From Polyangiales bacterium (GTDB lineage Bacteria > Myxococcota_A > Polyangia > Polyangiales > JADJQN01), in the NCBI GenBank assembly GCA_964202905.1, contig CAXNJO010000008.1:96001-160000 (forward strand): a DNA stretch of 64,000 nucleotides. The letters are read 5' to 3'. A program made the position numbers and the translations under genes. This document shows, piece by piece, positions 47,763 through 58,648 of this stretch; the stretch's first letter is position 1; the number at the start of each line of letters is the position of its first letter. The notes beneath the pieces were generated by a model that did no database searches, was not told the origin of the DNA, and worked only from the letters and a program-made list of their open reading frames with translations.

Positions 47763-49087
47763 CAGCGGCGCTCCCCGGGGCGCCTGCGCGCGGCCCGCGC
47801 GCGCCGCACGCCGAGCATGATCACGAGCGCCGCCGCGAGGAGCCCCGCGGCCTGCGGCCAGAACCGCACGATCGCTTCGACGACGCCGAGCGGCATGTCC
47901 ACGACGCGCCCGCGTCCCCCGCCCGATCCGCCCCCGCACCGCCACGGCCCGCCCTCCACGAAGCCGCACGCGTCGAGCACGCTGCCGTCCTTGCGGATCG
48001 CGGTGATCGTCACCGCCGGTCCTTCGACGACCACGCGGACGAAGTGGTGCGCGGGCTCGAAGGCGAGCTGCGAGGGGAGGCGCTCGTTCGTCACGTAGAG
48101 CGGTGCGCCCGCGCCGCCCGAGAGGATGTATTTCAGACCCGCCGCGTCGCCGCGCTCGTAGGCGTGATCGTGGCCCTCGAACACCACCTCGACGCCCGCC
48201 TCGCGGAGCAGCGCCTCGACGCGCGTGCCGGCGATCGCCGGGTTCGAACCGTGCGCGCCGCTCGAATACGGTCCGTGGTGCACGGCGGCGAAGAGGTGCG
48301 CCGGCGCATCCGGCGCGTGGGCCCGCGACACCTCCGCCTCGAGCCACGCGCGCTGCGGCGTCCCCTCGTCGAACGACTGGTTGGAGTCGAGCACGAGCAC
48401 GCGCACCGGCCCGTGATCGAACGCGTAAAACGCCTCGTCTCCGGGGCCCTCGCGCGTGCGCACGTGGCGGCGATATGCCGGGAGTCCCTCGCCGCCCGCG
48501 CGCGCCTCGTGGTTGCCGAGCGTCGGGAACACGGGCAACTCCGCGTAGAGCGGACCCGACGCGTCGAAGTACGCCTGCCAATCGGCCGGGTCCCGACCGT
48601 CCGCGAGCATGTCACCCGTGTGCACGACGAAGTCGGCGTCCTCCTCGCGCATGCGGCGCACGATCCGCTGGTGTGCGGCCGCATCCGTCCGCGCGTCGCC
48701 GTAGACGAGGAAGCGCGCGGAGGCCGTCGTGCCCGGCTCCGGCGCCGTCACGAAGCGGCCGCGCGCGCGCCCGCTCCCACCGCCGCCGAGCTGCACCTCC
48801 CAGGTGTGGCGCGTGCCGGGCGGCAGATCGCGCAGCACGATCTCGTGCCACACGGACGCGCCCGCCTCGTAGCGATGCGCCGCGCCCGAGGCCTCGCGCG
48901 CGACGACGACGGCAGGCGCCGGCGCGTCGAGCTCGAAGAGAAGCGCGACCGAGTCAGGCCGCACGTCCATCAGATACGGCCCCTTCACGAAGCGGGGCGC
49001 CGCCGCAGCGGGCCCCGGTGCGGCGCCGACGACGCAGAGGGCTGCGCAGAGCGCGGCGAGCGTCGTGGGCTGCTTGAGGCGCCTCAT
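47762..49087 (-). CDS. Exported metallophosphoesterase (PAP-like, FN3 N-domain) with C-terminal membrane anchor
   Basis: KGPYL, YGDAR, HTGD, GNHE, HHGP, GHDHAYER; C-terminal TM plus basic tail. Confidence 0.85.
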   Translation of the reverse strand: MRRLKQPTTLAALCAALCVVGAAPGPAAAAPRFVKGPYLMDVRPDSVALLFELDAPAPAVVVAREASGAAHRYEAGASVWHEIVLRDLPPGTRHTWEVQLGGGGSGRARGRFVTAPEPGTTASARFLVYGDARTDAAAHQRIVRRMREEDADFVVHTGDMLADGRDPADWQAYFDASGPLYAELPVFPTLGNHEARAGGEGLPAYRRHVRTREGPGDEAFYAFDHGPVRVLVLDSNQSFDEGTPQRAWLEAEVSRAHAPDAPAHLFAAVHHGPYSSGAHGSNPAIAGTRVEALLREAGVEVVFEGHDHAYERGDAAGLKYILSGGAGAPLYVTNERLPSQLAFEPAHHFVRVVVEGPAVTITAIRKDGSVLDACGFVEGGPWRCGGGSGGGRGRVVDMPLGVVEAIVRFWPQAAGLLAAALVIMLGVRRARAARRRPGERR

Positions 49088-49109
49088 CGGCGCTTCTATA
49101 ACGCGGAAC

Positions 49110-49983
49110 ATGCGCCCGCTCATGCCCCGAATGGCGCGCGTGCGCGAGCGGCTCGACGTCCTCGTCGCCACGAGCGAGGTCTCTACGCATCTCGCGGCCG
49201 ATCCGCTCGGCTTCGTGCACCGCGCGGCGCCCGCGGATCGCGAGGTCGTCGCCCTGCTCGCCGCGACCCTCGCGTTCGGACAGGTGAAGTCGATCCGCGC
49301 CAGCATCGCGCGGGTGCTCGCCGCGCTCGGGGACGCACCGGCCCGCGCCGTCGACACGCTCGACGAGCCCGCCCTCGCGGCACGCCTCGACGGCTTCGTG
49401 CACCGGGTCTACCGCGGCCGGGACGTCGCCCGCATGCTGGCGTCGGCAGGCGCGCTGCGGCGCGTGCACGGCACGCTCGGCGCCTATTTCGCGGCGCGGT
49501 TCCGCGCGCATGGCGCGTTGCGCGAAGCCCTCGCCGACCTCGCGGACGCGCTGCGCGGCGGCGCGCTCGCCGATGGCGCGACGCCCTCGCGCGGCCTCGC
49601 GCACCTCGTCCCCGACCCGCGCAAGGGCAGCGCGAGCAAACGTCTCCTGCTCTGGCTGCGCTGGATGGTGCGCCCCGACGGACGGCGTCGATCTCGGCCT
49701 CTGGGACGTGCCCGCGTCGGCGCTCGTCATCCCGGTGGACACCCACGTACACCGCATCGCGCGCAACCTCGGGCTCACGCGCCGCAACGACGCCTCGTGG
49801 CGCACGGCCGAGGAGATCACCGCGGTCTTGCGTCGCTTCGACGCGGGCGACCCGGTGAAATACGACTTCGCGCTCTGTCACCTCGGGGTGTCGCGGAGCT
49901 GCCCGAGCCGCCGCGACGAGGCCAAGTGCGCCTCGTGCGTCGTGCGCACGGCGTGCACCCACTGGGGGCGCGGCAGTGACTGA
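49110..49983 (+). CDS. TIGR02757/DUF2400 family (HhH-GPD-like) protein, frameshift at about 49678
   Basis: DPLGFVH, LAFG, SASKRLLLWLRWMVR, VDLGLW, PVDTHV, DPVKYDFAL. Confidence 0.85.
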
Positions 49984-50083
49984 GCGGTGACGCCGCCGCG
50001 ACGAGGCGCCGCGCTTCCGATGCGTTGCATTCGCGAGGCAGATGCAACAGCAGTCGGATTGCGTATCGGGCGCCCCGCGCGCG

Positions 50084-51826
50084 TCAGCTGCCCTTGAGCA
50101 CGCCGAGCGCGACGCCGGGCACCTTCAGCCAGCTCGGATGCGCCTCGAGATCGACGAGCTTCTCGCCCACGCGGTGCGCGTTGCCGTGCGTGACGAACCA
50201 GGGCGGCTTCGGTGACGAGGTGAGCGGCGCGCGCAGCACGCACTTCTCGATGCCCTCGAGCATGAACGTGTTGTGCACCCAGCCGAGCCCGCCCTGGATG
50301 TCCTCCGGGGTCGAGCTCGGGTGCGCGCCCCACGGCGGCGTGACGAGGCCGTAGACGAGCCCCGTCCAGGCGTTCACGCCGACCGCGCCGTAGCGCAGCG
50401 CCGCGATGCTCCGCTCGAGCGCCGCGCCCGCGTCCGCGCGCGCCTGCGTCTTCGGGTGGATGAAGACGATCGCGCTCAGCGTCCCCCACAGGCGCTCGTT
50501 GCAGAACGTCGTGGCCGCATCGAGGAAGGCCGCCGCGTCCGTCTCGGGGAGGCTCGTCTCGCTGAGGATCGGACAGAACGGCTCGGTGACGAACAGGGCT
50601 TCGCCCGCATCGTCCGCGTCGAGCCCGAAGACGAGCGTCCACGGGAGCTGATCCGCCCCCGCGTCGCCGAGCTTCTCGACCGCGGCGCGCCCCTCGGTGA
50701 GCGCCTTCCAGCGATCGAACGCGCCCGGGTAGTAGGCCTTGCGCGGCGGCTGCTGCGCGAGGACGGAGCGGACGCGCGCGAGCAGATCCGCGCGCTGCGG
50801 CCAACCCGCGGCGGTCACGATCATCTTGCCCGCGTTGCAGTTGCAGCTCGCGTTGTTGGTGACCATCGACGCGATGTTCTCGGCGACGAACTGCAGCTCC
50901 GCGTCGCTGAACGTGCCCGGCACCACGACCACCGGCGTCACGCACCCGAGTTCGCTCGAGATCGGCTTCTTCAGCAGCGGATCGTGGGCTGCTTTGCGGC
51001 GCTCGCGATCGGGCCCGGGCGGCCCCCACACGATGAGGTCGTGCGTGCGGTCGGAGCCCGTGATGTGCACGTCGTCGACGAGCGCGTGCGTGCAGAGATA
51101 GCCGCCCTCCGCGCCGCCGCCCCGCACGAAGCGCAGGTAACCCGCCTCGATCAGCGGCGCGAGCGCGCGCTCGTAGTGCGGCTCGAGGTACTCGTTCACG
51201 GGGTTCATCTTCACGAGGCAGACGCTGCCCTCGACGAACATCTTGTAGAGCGCGTCCATCGGCGCGATCGACGCCACGTTGCCCGCGCCGAGCACGAGCG
51301 AGACGCGCCCCGCGGGGGACTTCTGCCGGTAGAACGAGCCCGCCTTCTCCCTCACGTCCGCCGGCCCGAGGCCGCGCTCCATCCGCACGTCGGCCGTGAA
51401 GCCTGCGTAGAGCGCCTTGTCCATGGCGCCGTTCGGGAACACGCGCACCTGCGTCGCGCCGTCGGCGGCCGTCGAGAAGCGCCAGTCCTCGAGCGTCACG
51501 CGCCCGCCCGCGTCGATCGCGTCGAGCATCTCCGCGAGCAGGCGCAGGTTGCGCACCGTCGTCATCGGGCCGCCGGCCCACTCCTCGAAGGCGTGCGGCG
51601 CGTCGAGCGACAGCCCCTTCGCGGTGACCGCTGCCGTCGTCCATGCGCGCGCCTCCGCGAGCGTCGCGTCCACGCACGCGCGCAGCAGGCGCGCCTTCGC
51701 GGGGATCGAGAGCCGCGCGAACGGCGTGGCCTTGGCGGCGAGACCGGTGAGCAGCGCGTCGAGGCGCGGGTGCGGGGTGGCGGAGCGGCTCTGCGCCGTG
51801 GCGCTCATCTCGAGGGAGGCGGACAT
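50084..51826 (-). CDS. Aldehyde dehydrogenase family protein
   Basis: LGAGN, KMNP, HITGS, SELG, NASCNC, EPFCP. Confidence 0.85.
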   Translation of the reverse strand: MSASLEMSATAQSRSATPHPRLDALLTGLAAKATPFARLSIPAKARLLRACVDATLAEARAWTTAAVTAKGLSLDAPHAFEEWAGGPMTTVRNLRLLAEMLDAIDAGGRVTLEDWRFSTAADGATQVRVFPNGAMDKALYAGFTADVRMERGLGPADVREKAGSFYRQKSPAGRVSLVLGAGNVASIAPMDALYKMFVEGSVCLVKMNPVNEYLEPHYERALAPLIEAGYLRFVRGGGAEGGYLCTHALVDDVHITGSDRTHDLIVWGPPGPDRERRKAAHDPLLKKPISSELGCVTPVVVVPGTFSDAELQFVAENIASMVTNNASCNCNAGKMIVTAAGWPQRADLLARVRSVLAQQPPRKAYYPGAFDRWKALTEGRAAVEKLGDAGADQLPWTLVFGLDADDAGEALFVTEPFCPILSETSLPETDAAAFLDAATTFCNERLWGTLSAIVFIHPKTQARADAGAALERSIAALRYGAVGVNAWTGLVYGLVTPPWGAHPSSTPEDIQGGLGWVHNTFMLEGIEKCVLRAPLTSSPKPPWFVTHGNAHRVGEKLVDLEAHPSWLKVPGVALGVLKGS

Positions 51827-51922
51827 GCGCGCGACGCTATCACGGCCGGGTGCGGCGCTCGCCGGCGGCCGCCGGGCTGGCCATGCGCGACATCCGGCGT
51901 CCGTCGCGCGCGGTGCGTGCCG

Positions 51923-54601
51923 TCAGGCCGTGTGGCTCGCGAGCCGATCGCCAAACGCCCGGATCTCGGCGAGCGAGCCGGCCTCGGCGCCGGGCTTGAG
52001 CGTGTCGAGCTCGCCGAGCGCGATGACACCATGGTCCCGGAGCGCCTGGATCGCGGTCTCGAGCTTCGGCCGGGAGATCGACTCGCGGCGCTCCAGCTCG
52101 CCCGCGAGGTACATGCGCTGGCCGATCGCGAGCGTGCGCTTCAACCACTCCTTGCGTCCGAGCGGCGCTTCGAGGAGCAGCTCGACGCCGCGAAGGGCGA
52201 CGCGGTAACTCTCGAAGTAAGTGCGCAGGAGCTCCGCGTACGTGGCGATCCGCTGTCCGCCGCGCCCGCTCGCCGCGCGGATGTGCCCGGCTTCGCGCTC
52301 GAGCTCGCCCGCTCCGACGAGCGTCGCGATGGCATCTTCGAAGATGGCATCGAATGGCGCGTCCGCGCGGTACATGAACTCGTACTTGAAGAGGCGTGAC
52401 AGCGAGCGGACGCGCTCCTTCAGCACGTCCTCCGCGACGGGGTCGGCCTCGCCGCCGCGCAGCGCCGCGGCGATGAGCGCGTTCGGAACGAAGAAGTGCA
52501 GGATGTTGTTCTTGTAGTATTCGAGGGCGATGCGACGCTCCTCGGGGACGCTGTAGATCGGCGCCGCGGCGTGGCTCGCGTCGGGCGCGTGCGCGACGAT
52601 GAGCTTGCCGTCGAGAAAGAGGCGGATCGTCTCGCGCACCGCCTCCTCGCGGAGCTGCCCCGCCTCGTCGAGGATCGAGGGCGCGAGCGGCGCGCCGAGC
52701 CGCTCGAGGCTCGCGAGGATCGTGCGCGCCTCGGCGACCAGGTCGCGCTCGACGATCCCACGGTGGCGGTTGGTGAGCAGCGCGGTCGCGACGAGCGCCG
52801 CCGGGGTCGCGACCGTCACGCGATCGATCTCGTGCGTGATCTGATGCGCCACGCGCTGCACGAGCGCGCGCCGCTGCGCCGGGCCGAGCGCGCGCCCCGG
52901 CTCGGTGTTTGCCGTGTCGCCGTCCGCGACCTCGCGCACGATGTCCTCGAAGCGCAGCACCTCGCCGAACTGGATGTAAAGCCTCCCGTAGCGCGAGCGC
53001 AGCACCTTCGAGGAGTTGAGCAGCCCGCCGACGTTCTCCTTCGCCTTTTCGCCGCCGCCGAGCTCGTGCACGTACGACCGCTCTTCGATGATGCGCTCGT
53101 AGCCCACGCTGATCGGCACGAAGTAGGTCGGCCGCTGCCGCAGCTCGAGCGCCGCGTCGACGATCATCGAGAGCAGCCCGAGCTTCGGCGGCAGGAGCTT
53201 GCCCGTGCGCGAGCGGCCACCCTCGACGAAGAGCTCGATCGAGAAACCCTCGACCATCACCTTGCGGATGTACGCATCGACGAGCGCCGCATAGAGCTTC
53301 TTGCCCTTGAAGCTGCGCTTGATGAAGAACGCCCCGCCGCGCCGGAAGATCGGGCCGATCGGCCAGAATCCGAGGTTGTCGCCCGCGGCGATGAGCGGGG
53401 TCGAGAGCGCGTTCGCGTAGAAGACGTCCGAGAGCACCAGGTAGTCGACGTGGCTCTTGTGGCTCGGTACGAGCACGAGGTTCCCGGTGCGCGCGGCGGC
53501 GCGGACGCGCTCGAGGCCTTCCTTGTCGATGACGAGCCCGTCGTAGATCCGGTGCCAGATCCAATCGAGCACGCGGTGGAAGAGCGCAGTGACCGTCGGA
53601 TCGGGTGCCGCGCAGAGCCGGCGCAGCTCCGCGTCGGCCTCCCGCGTCGTCGCCGCGACGCTCTTCTTCGCGGCGCGCGCCGCGCTCTCGATGTGCTTGC
53701 GGACGCGGGGGCTGCGCAGGATCTCCTCGCGGATCCGGAACGGCGTCTTTGCGCTCGGTCCGATCACGATCGCGCGTTCGCGCTCGATCCGGCGCAGCAG
53801 CGCGTAGCGCACCTTGTCGGCCGCCTCGCCGTCGGTGAGATCCTGATGCGCCTCGAGAAACGCCTTGAGATCGAAGGGCTCACCCGTGCGCAGCAGCGCG
53901 TTGCGGTGGTTGAGCAGGAACTGGAAGAACACGCGGATCTGCCCCGGCCACTCGGTCGGACCGAAGACGAGGTCGACGAGCGTGCGCTGTTTCTTCGGCG
54001 GCAGCTTCGACCAGACGAACGTCTGCGGCAGCAGCAGGATCGGCCGATCGAGGCTGCGCTGCGTCTCGACGAGCGTGCGGATGAGGTCCACCTCGATGCG
54101 CGCGCCCTTGCGCTCGTCGCGGCCGATCCCCGGCGGCTGGCGGAGGAAGAGCAGGGCGCTCGCCCGCGCGCCGACCACCGAGGCGAGCGCCTTGTCTTCG
54201 GGGATCTGCCGCCGCAGACGCAGCCTGCGCTCGCCCTTGCCGAAGGGCTCGAGGATCCACAGGCCAAGATCGTTCACGAATCGCACGAGCGGCAGCCCGA
54301 GCTGCTTCACGAGCCAGTCGAGGCAGAGGAAATCGAGCACCGAGAGCGAGCGCATCACGTAGACGACGACCCCGCGCCGCGCCGCGCTCTGCACCGCCTC
54401 GCTCCAGGTCTCGTCGACGTGGATGTGCGAGAAAAAGCGCCGGTAGAGCCAGCGCAGGATGCCGTTCGGCTCGTAGGCGCCGTGGCGCGCGCTCGATTGG
54501 GGATCGCGCGCGCGGGACTCCACCGCGGTCATGGAGCGACCCGTCCCCGCGTCCTCCGACCCCGGTTTCGGGTGCTGCTCGTCCTCGCGCGCGCTCGGCA
54601 T
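51923..54601 (-). CDS. plsB: Glycerol-3-phosphate 1-O-acyltransferase
   Basis: HKSHVD, IAAGDNL, GAFFIKRS, FVEGGRSRTGK, PISVGYE; start at 54601 or slightly downstream. Confidence 0.9.
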   Translation of the reverse strand: MPSAREDEQHPKPGSEDAGTGRSMTAVESRARDPQSSARHGAYEPNGILRWLYRRFFSHIHVDETWSEAVQSAARRGVVVYVMRSLSVLDFLCLDWLVKQLGLPLVRFVNDLGLWILEPFGKGERRLRLRRQIPEDKALASVVGARASALLFLRQPPGIGRDERKGARIEVDLIRTLVETQRSLDRPILLLPQTFVWSKLPPKKQRTLVDLVFGPTEWPGQIRVFFQFLLNHRNALLRTGEPFDLKAFLEAHQDLTDGEAADKVRYALLRRIERERAIVIGPSAKTPFRIREEILRSPRVRKHIESAARAAKKSVAATTREADAELRRLCAAPDPTVTALFHRVLDWIWHRIYDGLVIDKEGLERVRAAARTGNLVLVPSHKSHVDYLVLSDVFYANALSTPLIAAGDNLGFWPIGPIFRRGGAFFIKRSFKGKKLYAALVDAYIRKVMVEGFSIELFVEGGRSRTGKLLPPKLGLLSMIVDAALELRQRPTYFVPISVGYERIIEERSYVHELGGGEKAKENVGGLLNSSKVLRSRYGRLYIQFGEVLRFEDIVREVADGDTANTEPGRALGPAQRRALVQRVAHQITHEIDRVTVATPAALVATALLTNRHRGIVERDLVAEARTILASLERLGAPLAPSILDEAGQLREEAVRETIRLFLDGKLIVAHAPDASHAAAPIYSVPEERRIALEYYKNNILHFFVPNALIAAALRGGEADPVAEDVLKERVRSLSRLFKYEFMYRADAPFDAIFEDAIATLVGAGELEREAGHIRAASGRGGQRIATYAELLRTYFESYRVALRGVELLLEAPLGRKEWLKRTLAIGQRMYLAGELERRESISRPKLETAIQALRDHGVIALGELDTLKPGAEAGSLAEIRAFGDRLASHTA

Positions 54602-54716
54602 GGCGGCGCGAAGGTAACACCCGACGCGCGATTCGCCGGTGCAGCCGCGTCGAGGGGGCTGGCGAGAGGCCCCCGCGGTCCAGCGCGGTCCGCGGCGTCG
54701 GAGGTTCGCAGTGTGG

Positions 54717-55325
54717 CTAGAAGGTCGCCGCGAGCGAGCGGCGCTCGGCGGGCGCGAGCGTGACGGCGTCGAAGCGCTGCTCGGCGCCGCGGTAGCGCGC
54801 GACGATGTCGTACGTGCCCGCGCTGAGGTGGCCTGACACGCCGCTCCCGAGCGTGCCGACCCGCTCGCCGTTGCGGAAGATCGTCGCCATCCCGGCGGCG
54901 CGGCGCCCCTCAGCTTCGATGCGTACCTCGAGGATCGCCGTCTGGAAGTCGGCCGCGGCCGTCGCCGTGCCGCCCGGGGCGACGGTGACCTCGACCGTCT
55001 TGACGGGTCGGTCGAGCGCGCCGTCCAGCCCGAGCACGACCTCATAACTGCCCGACGGCACCCCCACGGGCTCCCCGCAGGTGCCGGTCGCGATCTCCTG
55101 ACCGTCCTTCCGGATCGCCACAGTCCCGGAGGCGGCGCCCCCGTTCTCGGTGATGCGACAGGCGATACGGCCACGCGCCTGCGTCGCGCGCACGGGCTCC
55201 ACGATCGTGCTCCGGGGCGCGGCCTGGCCGACCGATGACTGCGCGCAGATCAGCGCCATCGTCAGCGAAAACAACACCATCGGCGTCCGTGCGTCGCGCG
55301 TCATCGGGTTCTCCTCACGGGACAT
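54717..55325 (-). CDS. Hypothetical exported beta-sandwich (PEGA/prealbumin-like) protein
   Basis: Signal-like segment; two 'GxYxV' beta repeats. Confidence 0.6.
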   Translation of the reverse strand: MSREENPMTRDARTPMVLFSLTMALICAQSSVGQAAPRSTIVEPVRATQARGRIACRITENGGAASGTVAIRKDGQEIATGTCGEPVGVPSGSYEVVLGLDGALDRPVKTVEVTVAPGGTATAAADFQTAILEVRIEAEGRRAAGMATIFRNGERVGTLGSGVSGHLSAGTYDIVARYRGAEQRFDAVTLAPAERRSLAATF

Positions 55326-55429
55326 CGCGCCCCGCCATGCGTGTGCGAGCATAGACGGTGCACCCCGCGCGGCGATACAAACGCCCCGCGGCCCGCCCGG
55401 CGCGCCCCGTCCCGCCCCGCCTCCAACGC

Positions 55430-55458
55430 TTGACACCTCCGGACCCCCGGCGTACATC
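55430..55458 (+). promoter_or_regulatory. Sigma70-type promoter of rplM-rpsI
   Basis: TTGACA-N17-TACATC. Confidence 0.7.
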
Positions 55459-55587
55459 TCCGCTCCCTTCGCGCCCCCCACCGGGGCGCATCTCCCGAAG
55501 GCCGCGCCCCGACCCGGCGCCCCCTCGGGAATTCCCGCTCCGAAGCCACGCGCCGAAGTCGGCGCCCCGACGAGAAGCAAGACGACG

Positions 55588-56055
55588 ATGAGCACTCCGA
55601 CCCGCGCCGCCACGGCCTCCCAGCCGAACGCCAGCTTCCTCGCGAAGCCCCTCGAAGTCACGCATCGCTGGTTCGTGGTCGACGCGGCGGGCATCCCCCT
55701 CGGTCGGCTGGCGTCGCGCATCGCCTCGGTACTTCGCGGCAAGAACAAGCCGGAATACACGCCGAGCGTCGACACGGGCGACTTCGTCATCGTCGTGAAC
55801 GCCGAGAAGGTCGGCCTCACCGGCAACAAACTCGACGGTAAGTTCTACTACCGCCACTCCGGCATCCCGACGGGCTTCAAGCAGGAGTCCTACCGCCTCC
55901 TCATCCAGCGCAAGCCGGAGTTCATCATCGAGAAGGCCGTGAAGGGCATGCTCCCGAAGAACGTCCTCGGCCGTCAGATGCACGGCAAGCTGAAGGTCTA
56001 CGCCGGCCCGACGCACCCGCACACGGCGCAGCAGCCCGCGCCGCTTCCGGCCTGA
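55588..56055 (+). CDS. rplM: 50S ribosomal protein L13
   Basis: [38 protein letters not shown]. Confidence 0.99.
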   Translation: MSTPTRAATASQPNASFLAKPLEVTHRWFVVDAAGIPLGRLASRIASVLRGKNKPEYTPSVDTGDFVIVVNAEKVGLTGNKLDGKFYYRHSGIPTGFKQESYRLLIQRKPEFIIEKAVKGMLPKNVLGRQMHGKLKVYAGPTHPHTAQQPAPLPA

Positions 56056-56097
56056 ACCTCCCCCGAACCCGCCATCCCCTGACGAGACGAGACCACG

Positions 56098-56502
56098 ATG
56101 CCCCCGGCCACGATTGATTCCCGCTTCTACGGCACCGGCAAGCGCAAGTGCGCGATCGCGCGCGTCTTCCTCAAGAGCGGCACCGGCACGGTGACGGTGA
56201 ACGGCCGCACGCTCCCCGACTACTTCCCCCGCGAGACCTCGCAGATGGTCGTCGCGCAGGCCTTCGAGGCCGTCGAGAAGGTCGGCAAGTTCGACGTCGA
56301 AGCGAACGTCTGCGGCGGCGGCGTGAGCGCCCAGGCCGAGGCCGTGCGCCACGGCATCTCGCGCGCCCTCCTGAACGTCGATGCCGACCTCCGCCCGACC
56401 CTCAAAAAGGCGGGCTTCCTGACGCGCGACTCGCGCAAGGTCGAGCGCAAGAAGGCCGGCCAGCCCGGAGCGCGTCGCAAGTTCCAGTTCAGCAAGCGCT
56501 GA
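56098..56502 (+). CDS. rpsI: 30S ribosomal protein S9
   Basis: [29 protein letters not shown]. Confidence 0.99.
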   Translation: MPPATIDSRFYGTGKRKCAIARVFLKSGTGTVTVNGRTLPDYFPRETSQMVVAQAFEAVEKVGKFDVEANVCGGGVSAQAEAVRHGISRALLNVDADLRPTLKKAGFLTRDSRKVERKKAGQPGARRKFQFSKR

Positions 56503-56540
56503 TCGCGCGGGTCCGCGATTTCATCGCGGCTCTTCACACT

Positions 56541-56573
56541 CGGCCCGGGTCCCTCGCGGATCCCGGGTCGTTT
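56541..56573 (+). terminator. Probable intrinsic terminator after rpsI
   Basis: CGGCCCGGG...CCCGGGTCG stem followed by TTT. Confidence 0.55.
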
Positions 56574-56695
56574 GCGTTGGAGCAGTCCAGTTGGGATGGA
56601 TTGCGCGCGCGTCGCACGGGGCGCGCTCGAGGTCGTGCGCGCGGTCGGGGAGCGGGTCGCGCGCGCTGGGTGGATGTCACGGCATCGGAGGGGCG

Positions 56696-57745
56696 ATGGG
56701 CGAGCGACGGGTCGCGGTCATCGGGGCGACGGGTTACACGGGCGCGGAGCTGCTGCGCCTTCTCTGCGCGCATCCGCGCGTCGCGGTGACGCGGATCGTC
56801 GGTCACGGGAAGGCCGGGCAGCCGATCGCGCAGGTGCTGCCTGCGTTCCACGGCGTGCTCGACGGGACGATCGCCGCCTTCGATGCGGATGACGTCGCGG
56901 CCCACGCCGACACCGCCTTCCTCGCGCTGCCCCACGGCGCGGCCGCCATCGTCGCGAAGGCGCTGCGGGCCCGCGGTGTCGTCGTGCTCGATCTGAGCGC
57001 CGATTTCCGCCTTCGCGATCGCGCCGTGCACCGCGAATGGTACGGCGAAGACCACGCGCCCGAGCTCGCTGCCGAGGCGGTGTACGGCCTGCCCGAGCTG
57101 CACCGCGAGGCACTGCGGCGCGCGGATTTGATCGCGGTGCCGGGCTGCTTCCCGACGGCGAGCACCCTCGCGCTCGCGCCGCTGCTCCGCGCAGGACTCG
57201 CGCGCACGACGGGCCTCGTGATCGACGCGAAGACGGGCGTGTCCGGCGCCGGTCGGTCGCCGCTCCCCAACACGCACTTCCCCGAGACGAGCGAAGGCGT
57301 CCGCGCCTACAAGGTCGCCGGGCAGCACCGGCACACGCCCGAGATCGAGCAGGAGCTGTCGGGCGTCGCCGGTGTCCCCGTGCGCCTCGTCTTCACCCCT
57401 CACCTCATCCCGATGACGCGCGGGATCCTCGCGACGGCCTACGCGAGCGCCACCCGCGACGACGTCACCGCCGCGGCGTGCACGGAGGCCGCGCAGTCCC
57501 TCTACGCCGACTCGCCGGTCGTCGCGGTGCTGCCGCCGGGGAGTCATCCCGACACGCTCTGGGTGCGCGGCAGCGCGCGCGCGCACGTCGCGTACGCCCG
57601 GGACCCGCGCACCGGGACGATCGTCGCGCAGGCGACGCTCGACAACCTCGGCAAGGGCGCCGCGGGCCAGGCCGTCCAGTGCTTCAACGTGCGCTTCGGC
57701 TTCGATGAGGGCGAGGGCCTGCCGCGCGTCGGCATGTTCCCCTGA
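56696..57745 (+). CDS. argC: N-acetyl-gamma-glutamyl-phosphate reductase
   Basis: GATGYTG, DLSADFR, PGCFPT, GVSGAG, HRHTPEI, DNLGKGAAGQ. Confidence 0.97.
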   Translation: MGERRVAVIGATGYTGAELLRLLCAHPRVAVTRIVGHGKAGQPIAQVLPAFHGVLDGTIAAFDADDVAAHADTAFLALPHGAAAIVAKALRARGVVVLDLSADFRLRDRAVHREWYGEDHAPELAAEAVYGLPELHREALRRADLIAVPGCFPTASTLALAPLLRAGLARTTGLVIDAKTGVSGAGRSPLPNTHFPETSEGVRAYKVAGQHRHTPEIEQELSGVAGVPVRLVFTPHLIPMTRGILATAYASATRDDVTAAACTEAAQSLYADSPVVAVLPPGSHPDTLWVRGSARAHVAYARDPRTGTIVAQATLDNLGKGAAGQAVQCFNVRFGFDEGEGLPRVGMFP

Positions 57746-57794
57746 GCGCCGCAGGGCGTCGCGCGACCGTGGGTTCCGCGCTAGAGCCGTCGAC

Positions 57795-58513
57795 ATGTCG
57801 ACCTTCTTTCGTCGCGCGTGGGTGCTCCCGCGCAGCCTCTGTCTCGTCGGTCTGCTCGGCGGCGCGTGCACTCGGGGCTACGAGCCGGTGAGCGAGGCCG
57901 AGGTGAGCGGCCTCATCGCGGAGCCGGCGCCGCACGCGCACGCGAGCGAACCCGTCGCCCCCGTCGGCGTCAGCGCCTGCCGCGCTTCCCGCGCCCGCAG
58001 CCCCGGCGACGCCGCTTGTGCCCGCCACGGGGGCTGAGGTGTCCGCCCGCGCCGGCGGGCTCTCGTGGTCCGCGGCTCCCCCGCTCGTGGCGCGCCGCCC
58101 TGCGGTACCGATGCGCGCGGCCGAGTATGCCATCGCTGGAGAGGGTGACGAAGAGGCCGTGCTGACGGTGTTCCACTTCGGCCCGGGGATGGGCGGCAGC
58201 GTCGCGGACAACGTCGCGCGCTGGGCGGGCCAGCTCCGCACGGAGCGTGGCGAGCCGGTCGAGGCCCGCACGACGACACGGCGCGTGGGCGCGCTGCCGG
58301 TCACGGTCGTCGAGGCGGAGGGCCAGATGTCCACGGGCATGCCCGGTGCGCCGCAGCCCGCCCCGGCTCCAGCGCGCGCGGCTTCTCGGCGCGATCGTGG
58401 AAGGCCCGGAGGGCCTCGTCTTCTTCAAGCTGAGCGGCCCGCCGGCGACGGTCGACCGCGGTCGCGCGGCCTTCGACGCGCTGCTCGCATCGCTCGTCGC
58501 CGCGTCGCGCTGA
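57795..58513 (+). CDS. Hypothetical lipoprotein, frameshifts at about 57975 and 58375
   Basis: LGGAC; PMRAAEY, FGPGMGGSVADNVARW, LLGAIVEGPEGLVFFKLSGP distributed over three frames. Confidence 0.65.
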
Positions 58514-58648
58514 GCACGTCGTCGCGGGGGCCGCGGGCCCACGCACCGCGCTCGGAGGACCTGTCGAGCTCCGCGCGGCGTTTGGGGATCGCCGCGCACG
58601 TCGGGCTGGCTTCCAGCTCAGGGCTGAGCGCTGCTATGGTCGCGTGGC

